From Gemmatimonadaceae bacterium (GTDB taxonomy: Bacteria; Gemmatimonadota; Gemmatimonadetes; Gemmatimonadales; Gemmatimonadaceae): DNA of 64,000 nt. The position numbers and the translations under genes were made by a program. Shown piece after piece: positions 37,636-46,316 of the stretch. A model generated the notes under the pieces. The model was not told where the DNA came from. It did not search any database and saw only the letters and a program-made list of their open reading frames with translations. Within the stretch, counting starts at the first letter, position 1. The number at the start of each line of letters is the position of its first letter. The stretch is taken from assembly GCA_051859245.1 (NCBI GenBank), contig JBHYGA010000005.1:256001-320000 (forward strand), read 5' to 3'.

Positions 37636-39114
37636 ATGTCGCTTTCCCGCAAGCTTCTCACGGCGATGTTTCTCGCGACGGCGCTGCCAACACTGGCCCC
37701 CGCGCAGCCAACCACGGCTACCCGCGCGGCGGCAGTCGACACGTCGCGCGCTCGCACGCGACCCGCCCGCGTGGTGTCGTCCCGAGATCCGTGGACGGTT
37801 GTCTATGATCACGTTACAGAAACGATGAAAGTGAGCGACCATCGAGGTCGCATCCAGTCATCTTTTGCTGGCGCATCGTTGATTGATGGTCCGGTGGTCC
37901 GCATTCCACCCGACCGTCCGGTGGAAGTACGCATCACCAATGCGAACCCCATGTTGTACCGGTACGATGTTACAGGTCCGGTGGTACAGGAGCGTCGAGC
38001 GCGAAGCTGTCGTTCGGTGCTCGGGACATTTGCGCAAGCGGGCCTTCAGTTCAGCGCCGCGAACATTGCTGGCGTGCAAACCAAGTGGACCACCGACACG
38101 CTGATGCGCAGGGTGTTCTCGGCGTCTGACCTCGCACGGCTTGGTGGGACCGCCGTGCGCGGTGAACCGCTCAGCGACGCTGATCGTGCGCGTACGATTA
38201 GCCTCGTGCAAGAGCGTGTGGAGTCGTACGAATCACGGGCCGAAGCAATCGGTGATTTTGCCTCCACCATCGATGACTCGCTGGCACGAATCGCTGAACT
38301 CTCCGATGCGACGCCCTCTGGTACGATGCTCGACGGCCTCGCGGGTACGATTCGCAAATTCCTGCCCAGTGCAAACCGCTCTGTTGATGTTCCGCTGTCA
38401 CTTCGCGCACTCGAACAAGAGGCGCAGCAACCGGCTACGGTGCTGATGCAGCTTGCTGCGACCGGCGACAGTGATGTACGACCGCTTCGCATTCGTTTCG
38501 ATAGCGCGTTAACGCAGATCGCTGCAAGCTACCGAAAGCTGCAAGCGCAGCTGTATCAGATCGAACAATATCAACTTGGCGTTGATCAGCGTTGGACGCT
38601 TGACCCGAGCGCCGACTACCGCGCGGTACGCATTCGCATGGAGGCGACGTCAGGCTTTGCCGAGATTCCGCGCTTTAAAGCGGGAACAGTGGAGGCCTTG
38701 ATCAACCCGATCAGTCGAGTGGCGTGTAGTCTGGCTCCCGGCTTGACGATCGCGAACGCGCCACGTGCGTTTGCCCTCCGGAACGACACCATCGTGAGTG
38801 CCAATAAATCAGATCAGCGTGCGGCACCGGCCCTGCAGTTGCACCTCGACATCGTGGATTTTCCATTGCCGGTCGGCGTGCTCGCCGGAGTGGGACTGGG
38901 CGTGAATCAGCGACCGGATTGGTATCTCGGTGGGAGCTTTCGACTGACTGACATTGTGCGCCTGAATGCCGGTACGCTCTGGCAACGGGAAGAACAACTT
39001 GGCAGTGGTCGCGAGCTCGGTTCCATAGTGCCACCGGCGCAGCGCCCCGCATTTGATGCGAGGACGCAGAAGTTTGCGCCGGCGTTTTTCTGGGGAATCA
39101 GTTTGGTGCCGTGA
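37636..39114 (+). CDS. Secreted hypothetical protein (paralog of 35998-37431)
   Basis: Signal peptide ending APA|Q; VVRIPPDRPVEVRITNANPMLYRY matches the paralog. Confidence 0.75.
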   Translation: MSLSRKLLTAMFLATALPTLAPAQPTTATRAAAVDTSRARTRPARVVSSRDPWTVVYDHVTETMKVSDHRGRIQSSFAGASLIDGPVVRIPPDRPVEVRITNANPMLYRYDVTGPVVQERRARSCRSVLGTFAQAGLQFSAANIAGVQTKWTTDTLMRRVFSASDLARLGGTAVRGEPLSDADRARTISLVQERVESYESRAEAIGDFASTIDDSLARIAELSDATPSGTMLDGLAGTIRKFLPSANRSVDVPLSLRALEQEAQQPATVLMQLAATGDSDVRPLRIRFDSALTQIAASYRKLQAQLYQIEQYQLGVDQRWTLDPSADYRAVRIRMEATSGFAEIPRFKAGTVEALINPISRVACSLAPGLTIANAPRAFALRNDTIVSANKSDQRAAPALQLHLDIVDFPLPVGVLAGVGLGVNQRPDWYLGGSFRLTDIVRLNAGTLWQREEQLGSGRELGSIVPPAQRPAFDARTQKFAPAFFWGISLVP

Positions 39115-39151
39115 CTTTCGAACTGACGTGAGCCTCTTGTGCACCGAAGTA

Positions 39152-39901
39152 TCAGTTTGTTGTCAGCCGATATCGATTGTAGTACACGTCGTCCCAGTTC
39201 TTGATGACCAGCCTGTGCGTGCTCGTGGTCCTCGGATACCAGTCCAATACGCAGAAGTCAGTATCGTCAACATCGCGTGCAACGACTCGGCCGTTCTGGT
39301 CATACACCCAGCAGTCAAGGTCTGTATCTCCGTCGCCATTCACGCGAATTGATGCCAGTACACCACCCTCAAACGCAATGCGAAACGTGTCCGTGCTGTT
39401 GGCGTCGACATCAAAGACACCTGATTTCGGTCCGTTGACGGCACCGCGTGATCCCGATGCGTTACGCTGCTGCAGCTGCGCCACCACCAAGGTGAGATTG
39501 GCATTGTCACGACCAGCTGCCTGAGCGGATGCCAGGAGTTGGCCGACGTCGAGAGAAGCCTGAGCTCCAGCCTTCTGAGGCCTCGGACCCGGCGCGCCCG
39601 CCTTGTCCGATTCAGGAACAAGGGAAAGCGGCCGCGTAGGGTTGTCGAGGAGGAGCTGCGCGGCGGCAGCGAGTGCCAATCCAGAGTTAGTGCGCTGACC
39701 ATAGTCCGCGAGCTGCGCGGCGAGCGAGACTGCTTCCACAGCGTTCTGCGTCTGGGGTGTACTCGCAGGCCTCGGACGAGCAGTGGCGCTTTCCTTTGAC
39801 GAAGGTATGCCTCCGGAAGTGGTGGCGCAGCCAGCTGCAGCGGCCGATAGCAGTACCAACGTTGAGTTGCGAGCAAAGCGGGTAGAAAACGAGTGCATCA
39901 T
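39152..39901 (-). CDS. Lipoprotein with helical N-domain and C-terminal PPC-like domain
   Basis: Lipobox AAAGC; GDGDTDLDCWVYDQNG is a pre-peptidase C-terminal-like motif. Confidence 0.8.
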   Translation of the reverse strand: MMHSFSTRFARNSTLVLLSAAAAGCATTSGGIPSSKESATARPRPASTPQTQNAVEAVSLAAQLADYGQRTNSGLALAAAAQLLLDNPTRPLSLVPESDKAGAPGPRPQKAGAQASLDVGQLLASAQAAGRDNANLTLVVAQLQQRNASGSRGAVNGPKSGVFDVDANSTDTFRIAFEGGVLASIRVNGDGDTDLDCWVYDQNGRVVARDVDDTDFCVLDWYPRTTSTHRLVIKNWDDVYYNRYRLTTN

Positions 39902-39956
39902 GCGCCTCAGAATGTGTGTGGAGCGTCAAAACATGCGCGCTGTGAACTGGTTACTT

Positions 39957-39981
39957 ATGGCGGCTCGCAGTCGCGATGTCA
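39957..39981 (-). promoter_or_regulatory. Candidate ECF promoter, motif B (TGAC-N15-CGCCAT)
   Basis: Upstream of the lipoprotein start at 39901. Confidence 0.6.
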
Positions 39982-40146
39982 TTGGCCTCGGCTTGGGGCA
40001 CCACCGCGTTGACAACAGCTGCGGCATCGCGGTCCGTTCCGGCCGCGAATGAGCTTCGCAGCAAGCAGTACCATTTGCACTTTCGACGGCGTCGCACGCG
40101 CGCAGGAAACCTTTCCGGCGCGTGTCGATCGAGCTGCAGACTTTCG

Positions 40147-42405
40147 CTATCGCTTTATGGTATCGTTCCCGATACGTGCTCTGGGCGAACTCCTGAGACC
40201 GAGCGCAGACCACGCAGCCATAATCTCCTTGTAGCCTTGTGCATTAACAGGCGCGCCTTCGTTACTATTTCTCACCAGTTGAGACGCTCCGGCCGAGTCG
40301 CTCGCGAGTGCGCGCAACGCGGATTTCGTCGCGATGCGCGTTTCTGAATCGTACGCACTGTTCGGTGCGTCGATCAGTGCCATAGCCTCTCGATGATCTC
40401 CCGCGCGAGAACGAGAGAGCGCTGCCAGCGTACGCGTCATCACGTTCTGTGGCTCCAGCGCTAACGCTCGCGCGTGCAGCACGCGGGCGTCGTCAACGCG
40501 TCCCGCCAGATCGAGCGCGTGCGCATACGCCGATATTCCGTCTGCAGAGAATGAATCTGCGGCATACGCCCGACGCCCCGACGATACGGCTTCATCAATG
40601 CGCCCCGACGCAACGAGCATTTCCGAATACCAACGAAGTGTTGTGGGTGATGCGGAATCAAGTTGAATCGCTTGACGGAACTCGGCGTCCGAACGAGCAA
40701 GCTGCCCGCTTTGACGATACAAGAGCGCGAGTGCAGCGTGAGGTTCGGCGTTGAGGCTGTCGAGACGGAGCGCGCGGGAGGCTGCAGTGCGCGACGCTTC
40801 ATACACCGAGTCCAGCGAAGTACCCGACCAGAGAGGCAGCTGCGCCAACGTTGTCGACAGCGCCGCCCACGCGCGTCCAAAACTCGAATCACGCCGCACC
40901 GCTTCGTTAAACAGGGCTGCGGCCTCCGCAAGACCATCGTAGCCGCGTGACCGAGCGTGCAAGCCGCGAAGAAACGCGTCATACGCAGCGATGTCGGCGG
41001 CGCCGTATTGCACGGCTTTATAGTCACCGTTCGCGAGTTGTATGCGCAGCGCTCCCACGATGTCGCGAGTGATGTCGTCCTGCAGCTCAAACACGTCACG
41101 CATCTGCCGCTCAAACTGATCGGCCCACAATACGTGATCATCAGCGGTGCGGGTGAGCTCCATCGTGACACGCAGTCGGTCCCCGCTTCGGCGCAGCGTT
41201 CCGGAGAGCACGGTGGCAACGCCGAGGCGTTTCCCGGCATCACGTCCGCTGAGGCCATCGGTGAGCATGCGCGACGCCGCAGCGCGCGCAGCCACGCGCA
41301 ACCCAGGCACTTTCCTGAGCGCGACCGTGAGCTCTTCAGACAATCCGACGCCAAGAAAGATGCTGGCGGAGTCAGCGGCGAGTGTCTCAAGTGGGAGCAC
41401 GGCGACCGAAGGATCGATCTTTACATCGCCGTCTGACAGCACCTTCCACGTGGCTCCGACTGCTGCGACAACGAGTGCGGCGACTGCGAGCCAGCGGCGT
41501 TTGGTTGACCGCTCCGAAACCTGGGATGCCACACCATGCTCGCGTGACACCGGGATATTGTCCAGCAATCGAAGCACGTCCAGCGCCTGTGGTGGACGCG
41601 CTGCAGGATCCTTTTCAAGACACTGCATCACAAGTGCGTCGAGCAGCGGCGGAACGTCCGGCCGTAGCTCAATCAGCGCGCGCGGCCGCTCCACCACGTG
41701 TGCGGCGATCAGCGCTGCGGTCGTCGAGCGCGTGAACGGCGGCATGCCCGTGAGCATCTCGTAGGCCGTGCAACCGAGCGCGTAAATATCGATACGATGA
41801 TCGGCTGTTGGGTCAGCTGTCGCCTGCTCGGGCGCCAGATATTGCGGTGTGCCCACCACAACGCCAACGCCGGTTCGCTGTGATGCATCGCTGTCGTCAC
41901 CAAGTGTCGCCGCTGCGAGTGCGCGGGCGATGCCAAAGTCGCTCACGGCAGCACTGCCGCCAGAAATCAGAATATTGTCGGGCTTGATGTCGCGGTGAAC
42001 AATGCCCTGCGCGTGCGCCGCACTGAGCGCGCGCGCGACGTCGCGAAGAATCGATACCGCTTCGCTCACCGAAAAGCGATCGCCGCGGGCGATGCGCCCG
42101 CGGAGCGATTCTCCCGGCACAAACGGCATCGTGTAATACGCGACGTCTTCCACAACACCCGACGAGATCACGGTCACCACGTGCGGGTGCGATAGACTCG
42201 CAGCTATGCGCGCTTCGCGGGCGAATCGTTCCGCATTCATCCCACTGGCCAACTCGGCGGGCAACGCTTTGACAACGATGTCGCGCGCAAGCGCCGTGTC
42301 TCGGGCGACGAACACCCGTGACATTCCGCCACCGCCCAGTTCCCGTCCGAGCACACATGACGGGCCGAGCGCAGATTGAAGTTGATCGCGGAGGGTGTCT
42401 CTCAT
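40147..42405 (-). CDS. Ser/Thr protein kinase with TM, TolB-like and TPR domains
   Basis: GGGGMSRV, HRDIKPDN, DFGIA, GTPQYLAPE; SVAVLPL TolB-like; TPRs; C-terminus may be clipped. Confidence 0.92.
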   Translation of the reverse strand: MRDTLRDQLQSALGPSCVLGRELGGGGMSRVFVARDTALARDIVVKALPAELASGMNAERFAREARIAASLSHPHVVTVISSGVVEDVAYYTMPFVPGESLRGRIARGDRFSVSEAVSILRDVARALSAAHAQGIVHRDIKPDNILISGGSAAVSDFGIARALAAATLGDDSDASQRTGVGVVVGTPQYLAPEQATADPTADHRIDIYALGCTAYEMLTGMPPFTRSTTAALIAAHVVERPRALIELRPDVPPLLDALVMQCLEKDPAARPPQALDVLRLLDNIPVSREHGVASQVSERSTKRRWLAVAALVVAAVGATWKVLSDGDVKIDPSVAVLPLETLAADSASIFLGVGLSEELTVALRKVPGLRVAARAAASRMLTDGLSGRDAGKRLGVATVLSGTLRRSGDRLRVTMELTRTADDHVLWADQFERQMRDVFELQDDITRDIVGALRIQLANGDYKAVQYGAADIAAYDAFLRGLHARSRGYDGLAEAAALFNEAVRRDSSFGRAWAALSTTLAQLPLWSGTSLDSVYEASRTAASRALRLDSLNAEPHAALALLYRQSGQLARSDAEFRQAIQLDSASPTTLRWYSEMLVASGRIDEAVSSGRRAYAADSFSADGISAYAHALDLAGRVDDARVLHARALALEPQNVMTRTLAALSRSRAGDHREAMALIDAPNSAYDSETRIATKSALRALASDSAGASQLVRNSNEGAPVNAQGYKEIMAAWSALGLRSSPRARIGNDTIKR

Positions 42406-42511
42406 TTGCCAAGGGTAGTCAACCGGCGCAATATAGCGCTGGGCGAGTGTACAGCACCGCCTGCGCCACACACTCTCTTGCCAACATATGACTTCAGGAC
42501 CGCCGGATGTC

Positions 42512-43039
42512 ATGCACAGCTACTCCCTGATCCTCCAGGAAATCCTCCGCAGCTACACAATCCCCCGGAACGGCTACCACGGCGTAGTCCACTGGGCTCG
42601 TGTGCTCGAAAACGGCCTGCGCATTGCCGAGTCCAACGGCGCTGACACCGAAGTCGTCACGCTGTTTGCACTGTTTCACGATTCGCGTCGCATCAACGAA
42701 CACCGCGATCACGGCCACGGTCAACGCGGCGGTGAGTTCGCGCGCTCGCTGCGCGGCACGCTCGTACATCTCGACGACTCGCGCTTTGATTTGCTCTACA
42801 CCGCGTGCGAGTTGCACACCGACGGGCACACCACCGGCGATCCAACAATCCTCGCCTGCTGGGACGCTGATCGGCTGGACCTTGGGCGCGTGGGCATCAC
42901 GCCGAGGCCCAATCGACTCTGCACGGACACCGCGCGCGATCTGCTGGATTGGGCGCACTTCCGTGCGACAACGGCGCACGTACCAACGGCCGTGCTGGAG
43001 TCGTGGAACATGTCGCCCAAACTTGCCCCACTCAGGTAG
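42512..43039 (+). CDS. HD-domain phosphohydrolase
   Basis: HGVVHWARV, LFHDSRR, HGQRG, CWDADRLDLGRVG; alternative start 42488. Confidence 0.85.
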   Translation: MHSYSLILQEILRSYTIPRNGYHGVVHWARVLENGLRIAESNGADTEVVTLFALFHDSRRINEHRDHGHGQRGGEFARSLRGTLVHLDDSRFDLLYTACELHTDGHTTGDPTILACWDADRLDLGRVGITPRPNRLCTDTARDLLDWAHFRATTAHVPTAVLESWNMSPKLAPLR

Positions 43040-43114
43040 GCAATCAATCAGTTCTGTTGCGTCACGGGGATGTTATGGCGGGGGATAAGATGCGTCGGTA
43101 TAAGATCGACTGAC

Positions 43115-43153
43115 TTGACAAGGCTGGCATTCATGCCATACCTATAGCCATAC
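43115..43153 (+). promoter_or_regulatory. TA promoter/operator: TTGACA, TGGCAT-TC-ATGCCA palindrome, GCCATAC direct repeat
   Basis: Seen directly upstream of the antitoxin gene. Confidence 0.55.
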
Positions 43154-43211
43154 ATTTTGAACTGCTGCGAAACCTGATTCGCCAGCAGTACCGTCGACCA
43201 GAAGACAGAGA

Positions 43212-43532
43212 GTGCCCATGGGAACAGCCGCCGCTCCTCGTGCACCGCTCCGGCGACGGTCCACGCAGTCGGACCCGCTCAAAAAGGTGACCCTTCGTCT
43301 GCGCACCCGCGTGGCCGAGGCAGTTCGCGCCATTGTCGACGCGGGCGACGCGCCAAGTTCAGACGCCTTTATCGAAGACGCGGTGATTGCCGCGCTGCGT
43401 GAGCGCCGCCGTGTGCACCTCTACGCTGCCTATGCGGAAGCGGCACAGGACCCGGCATTTCAGATCGACATGGACGAGACAGCGCGCGCCTTCGATGTGA
43501 CGCTGCGCGACGGCGATCAAGCGGCTCGGTAG
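43212..43532 (+). CDS. Putative antitoxin (RHH-like)
   Basis: KKVTLRL..SSDAFIEDAVIAAL..AYAEAAQDPAF; upstream of a PemK toxin. Confidence 0.7.
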   Translation: MPMGTAAAPRAPLRRRSTQSDPLKKVTLRLRTRVAEAVRAIVDAGDAPSSDAFIEDAVIAALRERRRVHLYAAYAEAAQDPAFQIDMDETARAFDVTLRDGDQAAR

Positions 43533-43538
43533 CCAAAG

Positions 43539-43934
43539 GTGGCCTACAACGGACCGGTGCGCCGATGGGATCTGTTCTGGGTTGATCTCGAACCGCGCGT
43601 TGGACGTAAGCAGGGCGGAGATCGGAGACCGGCCGTCATCGTTTCCAATGACGGCGTCAACGCGCAGCTCGCAGTGGTCACGATGTTGTCGATAACAAAA
43701 GCTGACGGCAAGAAGCGAAAGCCGTACCCGTTCGAAGTGCTGTTGCCGGTTGATACGATTACCGCGGAGCACGCGAGCATCGTCATGCCGCAACAGATCC
43801 GAACGATTTCGAAAATGCGATTGCTGGAAAAGATCGGTCAGCTGACCGACCCATCTCAGCAAGCCGAGATCGAGAGCCGTATGCTCGAGCATCTCGGGAT
43901 CCAGTTCGAGGCTGAAGGGCTCGACGATTTGTGA
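43539..43934 (+). CDS. PemK/MazF family toxin
   Basis: RRWDLFWVDLEPRVG..RPAVIVSND..QQIRTISKMRL. Confidence 0.9.
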   Translation: MAYNGPVRRWDLFWVDLEPRVGRKQGGDRRPAVIVSNDGVNAQLAVVTMLSITKADGKKRKPYPFEVLLPVDTITAEHASIVMPQQIRTISKMRLLEKIGQLTDPSQQAEIESRMLEHLGIQFEAEGLDDL

Positions 43935-43963
43935 TGATCGCGGCGCGGGGATACTTTCGCCCC

Positions 43964-45589
43964 ATGACTATCCCTCGCGTCCTTATTGCTGCCTCGCTCG
44001 CCTCCGCGCTGCTCGCCCCAGCGCCCCTCCGCGCCCAATCGTTCGACATCATGGAAGCCACCGTGTCGAGCGTGCACGACGCGCTCGACAACAAACGGCT
44101 CACCTGCCGAGCACTCGTGCAGCAGTATCTGGATCGCATTGCCGCGTACGACAAAACCGGGCCCACGCTCAACTCGATTCAGCATGTGAATGCGCGGGCG
44201 CTCACCATCGCCGACTCGCTCGACGCCGTGCAACAGAGCGGTGCGAAACGAGGCCCGCTGCACTGCGTGCCCGTGCTGCTCAAGGATCAGGTGGAAACGA
44301 GCGACATGCCCACTACCTACGGCTCCATCCTCTTTAAGGATTTCATACCGCAGCGCGACGCCACCATCGTCAACAAAATGAAGGCGGCCGGCGCGATCAT
44401 TCTCGCGAAAACCACCATGGGCGAGTTTGCATCGCGGTACGTAGGCTCGGCGTTCGGCATTGTGCGCAACGCCTATGATCCCACGCGAAACCCCAGCGGC
44501 TCTTCCGGCGGTTCGGCGAGCGCGGTTGCCGCCAACATGGGACTCGTCGCAATCGGCGAAGACACCGGCGGCTCCATTCGTGGTCCTGCCGCAGTGAGCA
44601 GTCTCGTGGGCCTGCGACCCACGCTGCAACTCGTGAGCCGCTTCGGCATGATGCCGGCCAACCCAACACAAGACGTACTCGGCCCGATCACGCGTACCGT
44701 GACCGATGCTGCGCGTGTGCTCGACGTGCTTGCAGGCTACGATCCCAACGATCCGATCACTGCCGTAGGTGTTGGTCGCATTCCTGCGTCATACGCTGAC
44801 TCGCTCAATGCGAACGCACTGCGCGGCGCACGCATTGGCGTGATCCGCGCACGTCGCGACACATCTACGAAGCCGCCCGTACGTCCATCAACAATCCCGG
44901 CTGACTCCGCCGCGAAACTGGACTCCGCGCAGGTTTATCGCGCGCGAGAGTTTGCAAAGGCTCTGCCGGTGATTGATCGCGCGATCGCGCAACTGCGCGC
45001 CCAGGGCGCAGAGATTGTGGATTCGATCGTGATTCCCACCGTACCAGGCCGCCGTATTGGCAACGACTTCGAGACGGAGCGCGCGACGGACGAATATCTG
45101 GCGCAACATCCAAACGCACCGGTGAAAACGCTCAAGGAGATTCTGCTTGCGGGTTCGGTGAATCCGTGGCGTGCGCGCGGGCTGATGAGTTACGTGGGCA
45201 AAACGCCGGATGACGATGACTTCGCAGCGCTCATGCTGCAGCGTGACGCGCAGCGGGTCGCGGTCCTCAAACTGATGGCTGACTATAAGCTTGATGCGAT
45301 CGTGTACGCCACGTACGACGCGGGTCCGACGCCGATTGCGGCCGACGTGCTCACCAATCCACGTCCCAATGATGACTACGGACTCGGTGACAATCGTGGC
45401 CTGAGTCCTACGCTTGGTTTTCCCGCGATCACTGTGCCGGCTGGATTTACGAGCGACAACTTACCGATCGGTTTGGAGTTCCTTGGCCGACCGTTTTCAG
45501 AGCGCGAGTTGCTCGGCTTCGCGTTTGCGTTTGAGCAGAGCACAAAGCATCGCAGGCCGCCGGCGAGTGCGCCGAGGCTGGCGCGGTAG
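43964..45589 (+). CDS. Secreted amidase-signature family protein
   Basis: GPLHCVPVLLKD, GSSGGSA, GEDTGGSIRGPA; signal peptide. Confidence 0.92.
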   Translation: MTIPRVLIAASLASALLAPAPLRAQSFDIMEATVSSVHDALDNKRLTCRALVQQYLDRIAAYDKTGPTLNSIQHVNARALTIADSLDAVQQSGAKRGPLHCVPVLLKDQVETSDMPTTYGSILFKDFIPQRDATIVNKMKAAGAIILAKTTMGEFASRYVGSAFGIVRNAYDPTRNPSGSSGGSASAVAANMGLVAIGEDTGGSIRGPAAVSSLVGLRPTLQLVSRFGMMPANPTQDVLGPITRTVTDAARVLDVLAGYDPNDPITAVGVGRIPASYADSLNANALRGARIGVIRARRDTSTKPPVRPSTIPADSAAKLDSAQVYRAREFAKALPVIDRAIAQLRAQGAEIVDSIVIPTVPGRRIGNDFETERATDEYLAQHPNAPVKTLKEILLAGSVNPWRARGLMSYVGKTPDDDDFAALMLQRDAQRVAVLKLMADYKLDAIVYATYDAGPTPIAADVLTNPRPNDDYGLGDNRGLSPTLGFPAITVPAGFTSDNLPIGLEFLGRPFSERELLGFAFAFEQSTKHRRPPASAPRLAR

Positions 45590-45643
45590 CTCGCCGCGTG
45601 CAACGCACATCAAAATGCCGACTCGTGACCCAACAGGGTTATG

Positions 45644-45673
45644 CTTGACCAATCTGGTCAAGTTGGCTAGCTT
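45644..45673 (+). promoter_or_regulatory. Sigma70 promoter TTGACC-N17-TAGCTT overlapped by inverted repeat CTTGACCA-ATC-TGGTCAAG
   Basis: Perfect 8-bp inverted repeat 45644-45662; -10 box ends 5 nt before ATG 45679. Confidence 0.65.
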
Positions 45674-45678
45674 GCACC

Positions 45679-45945
45679 ATGTCTCGCAAACCCTCCAGGA
45701 ATGTCGTGCGCGAACCGGTTGCGCTCTACGACGCGAAAACGCATCTGTCGTCTCTCGTGGATCGTGCGGCCGCAGGCGAAGAGTTTGTGATCACCAAATC
45801 CGGACAGCCGCTCGCGCGTCTCATGCCGCTTGAACAGGTGCCGGCGGAGCGTGTTCCGGGGCAGGGCAAGGGTCGCTGGCGTGTGTCAAAAGATTTTGAC
45901 AGTCCGCTACCTGATGACATACTCGACGCGTTTGAAGGTCGGTAG
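45679..45945 (+). CDS. Phd/YefM family antitoxin
   Basis: YDAKTHLSSLVDRAAAGEEFVITKSGQPLARL, DFDSPLPDDIL. Confidence 0.92.
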   Translation: MSRKPSRNVVREPVALYDAKTHLSSLVDRAAAGEEFVITKSGQPLARLMPLEQVPAERVPGQGKGRWRVSKDFDSPLPDDILDAFEGR

Positions 45946-46316
45946 TGCGACTACTGCTCGACACGCACGTCGCCATCTGGTGGGACACGGGTGCACCACT
46001 CGCAGCGGCGGCGCACCGGGCCATTCGCGAAGCGGACGAGGTGTTTGTCAGCGCGGCGTCCGCATGGGAAATCGCCATCAAGGCTGCCCTTGGCAAAATC
46101 AAGTCTGATCGAACACTCGCCGAGCTGTGTGTTGACTCGGGATTTATCGAACTGCCCGTACTGATGCGGCATACCGAGGCGCTGCCAGCGCTCGAAGCGT
46201 TGCATCGCGATCCCTTCGATCGGCTGCTTGTTGCGCAGGCGATGCAGGAACAACTGGTGTTGGTCACGCGAGACGATACGATCACGCGCTACCCGGTTGC
46301 AACACTCCGCGCCTAA
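45945..46316 (+). CDS. vapC: VapC PIN-domain toxin
   Basis: LLLDTHVAIW, SAASAWEIAIK, HRDPFDRLLVAQA. Confidence 0.92.
   Translation: MRLLLDTHVAIWWDTGAPLAAAAHRAIREADEVFVSAASAWEIAIKAALGKIKSDRTLAELCVDSGFIELPVLMRHTEALPALEALHRDPFDRLLVAQAMQEQLVLVTRDDTITRYPVATLRA

Noticed and set aside
10925..43200. Formal mobile element or genomic island call
   Set aside because: No integrase, transposase, tRNA or terminal repeats recognised; accessory origin is only inferred
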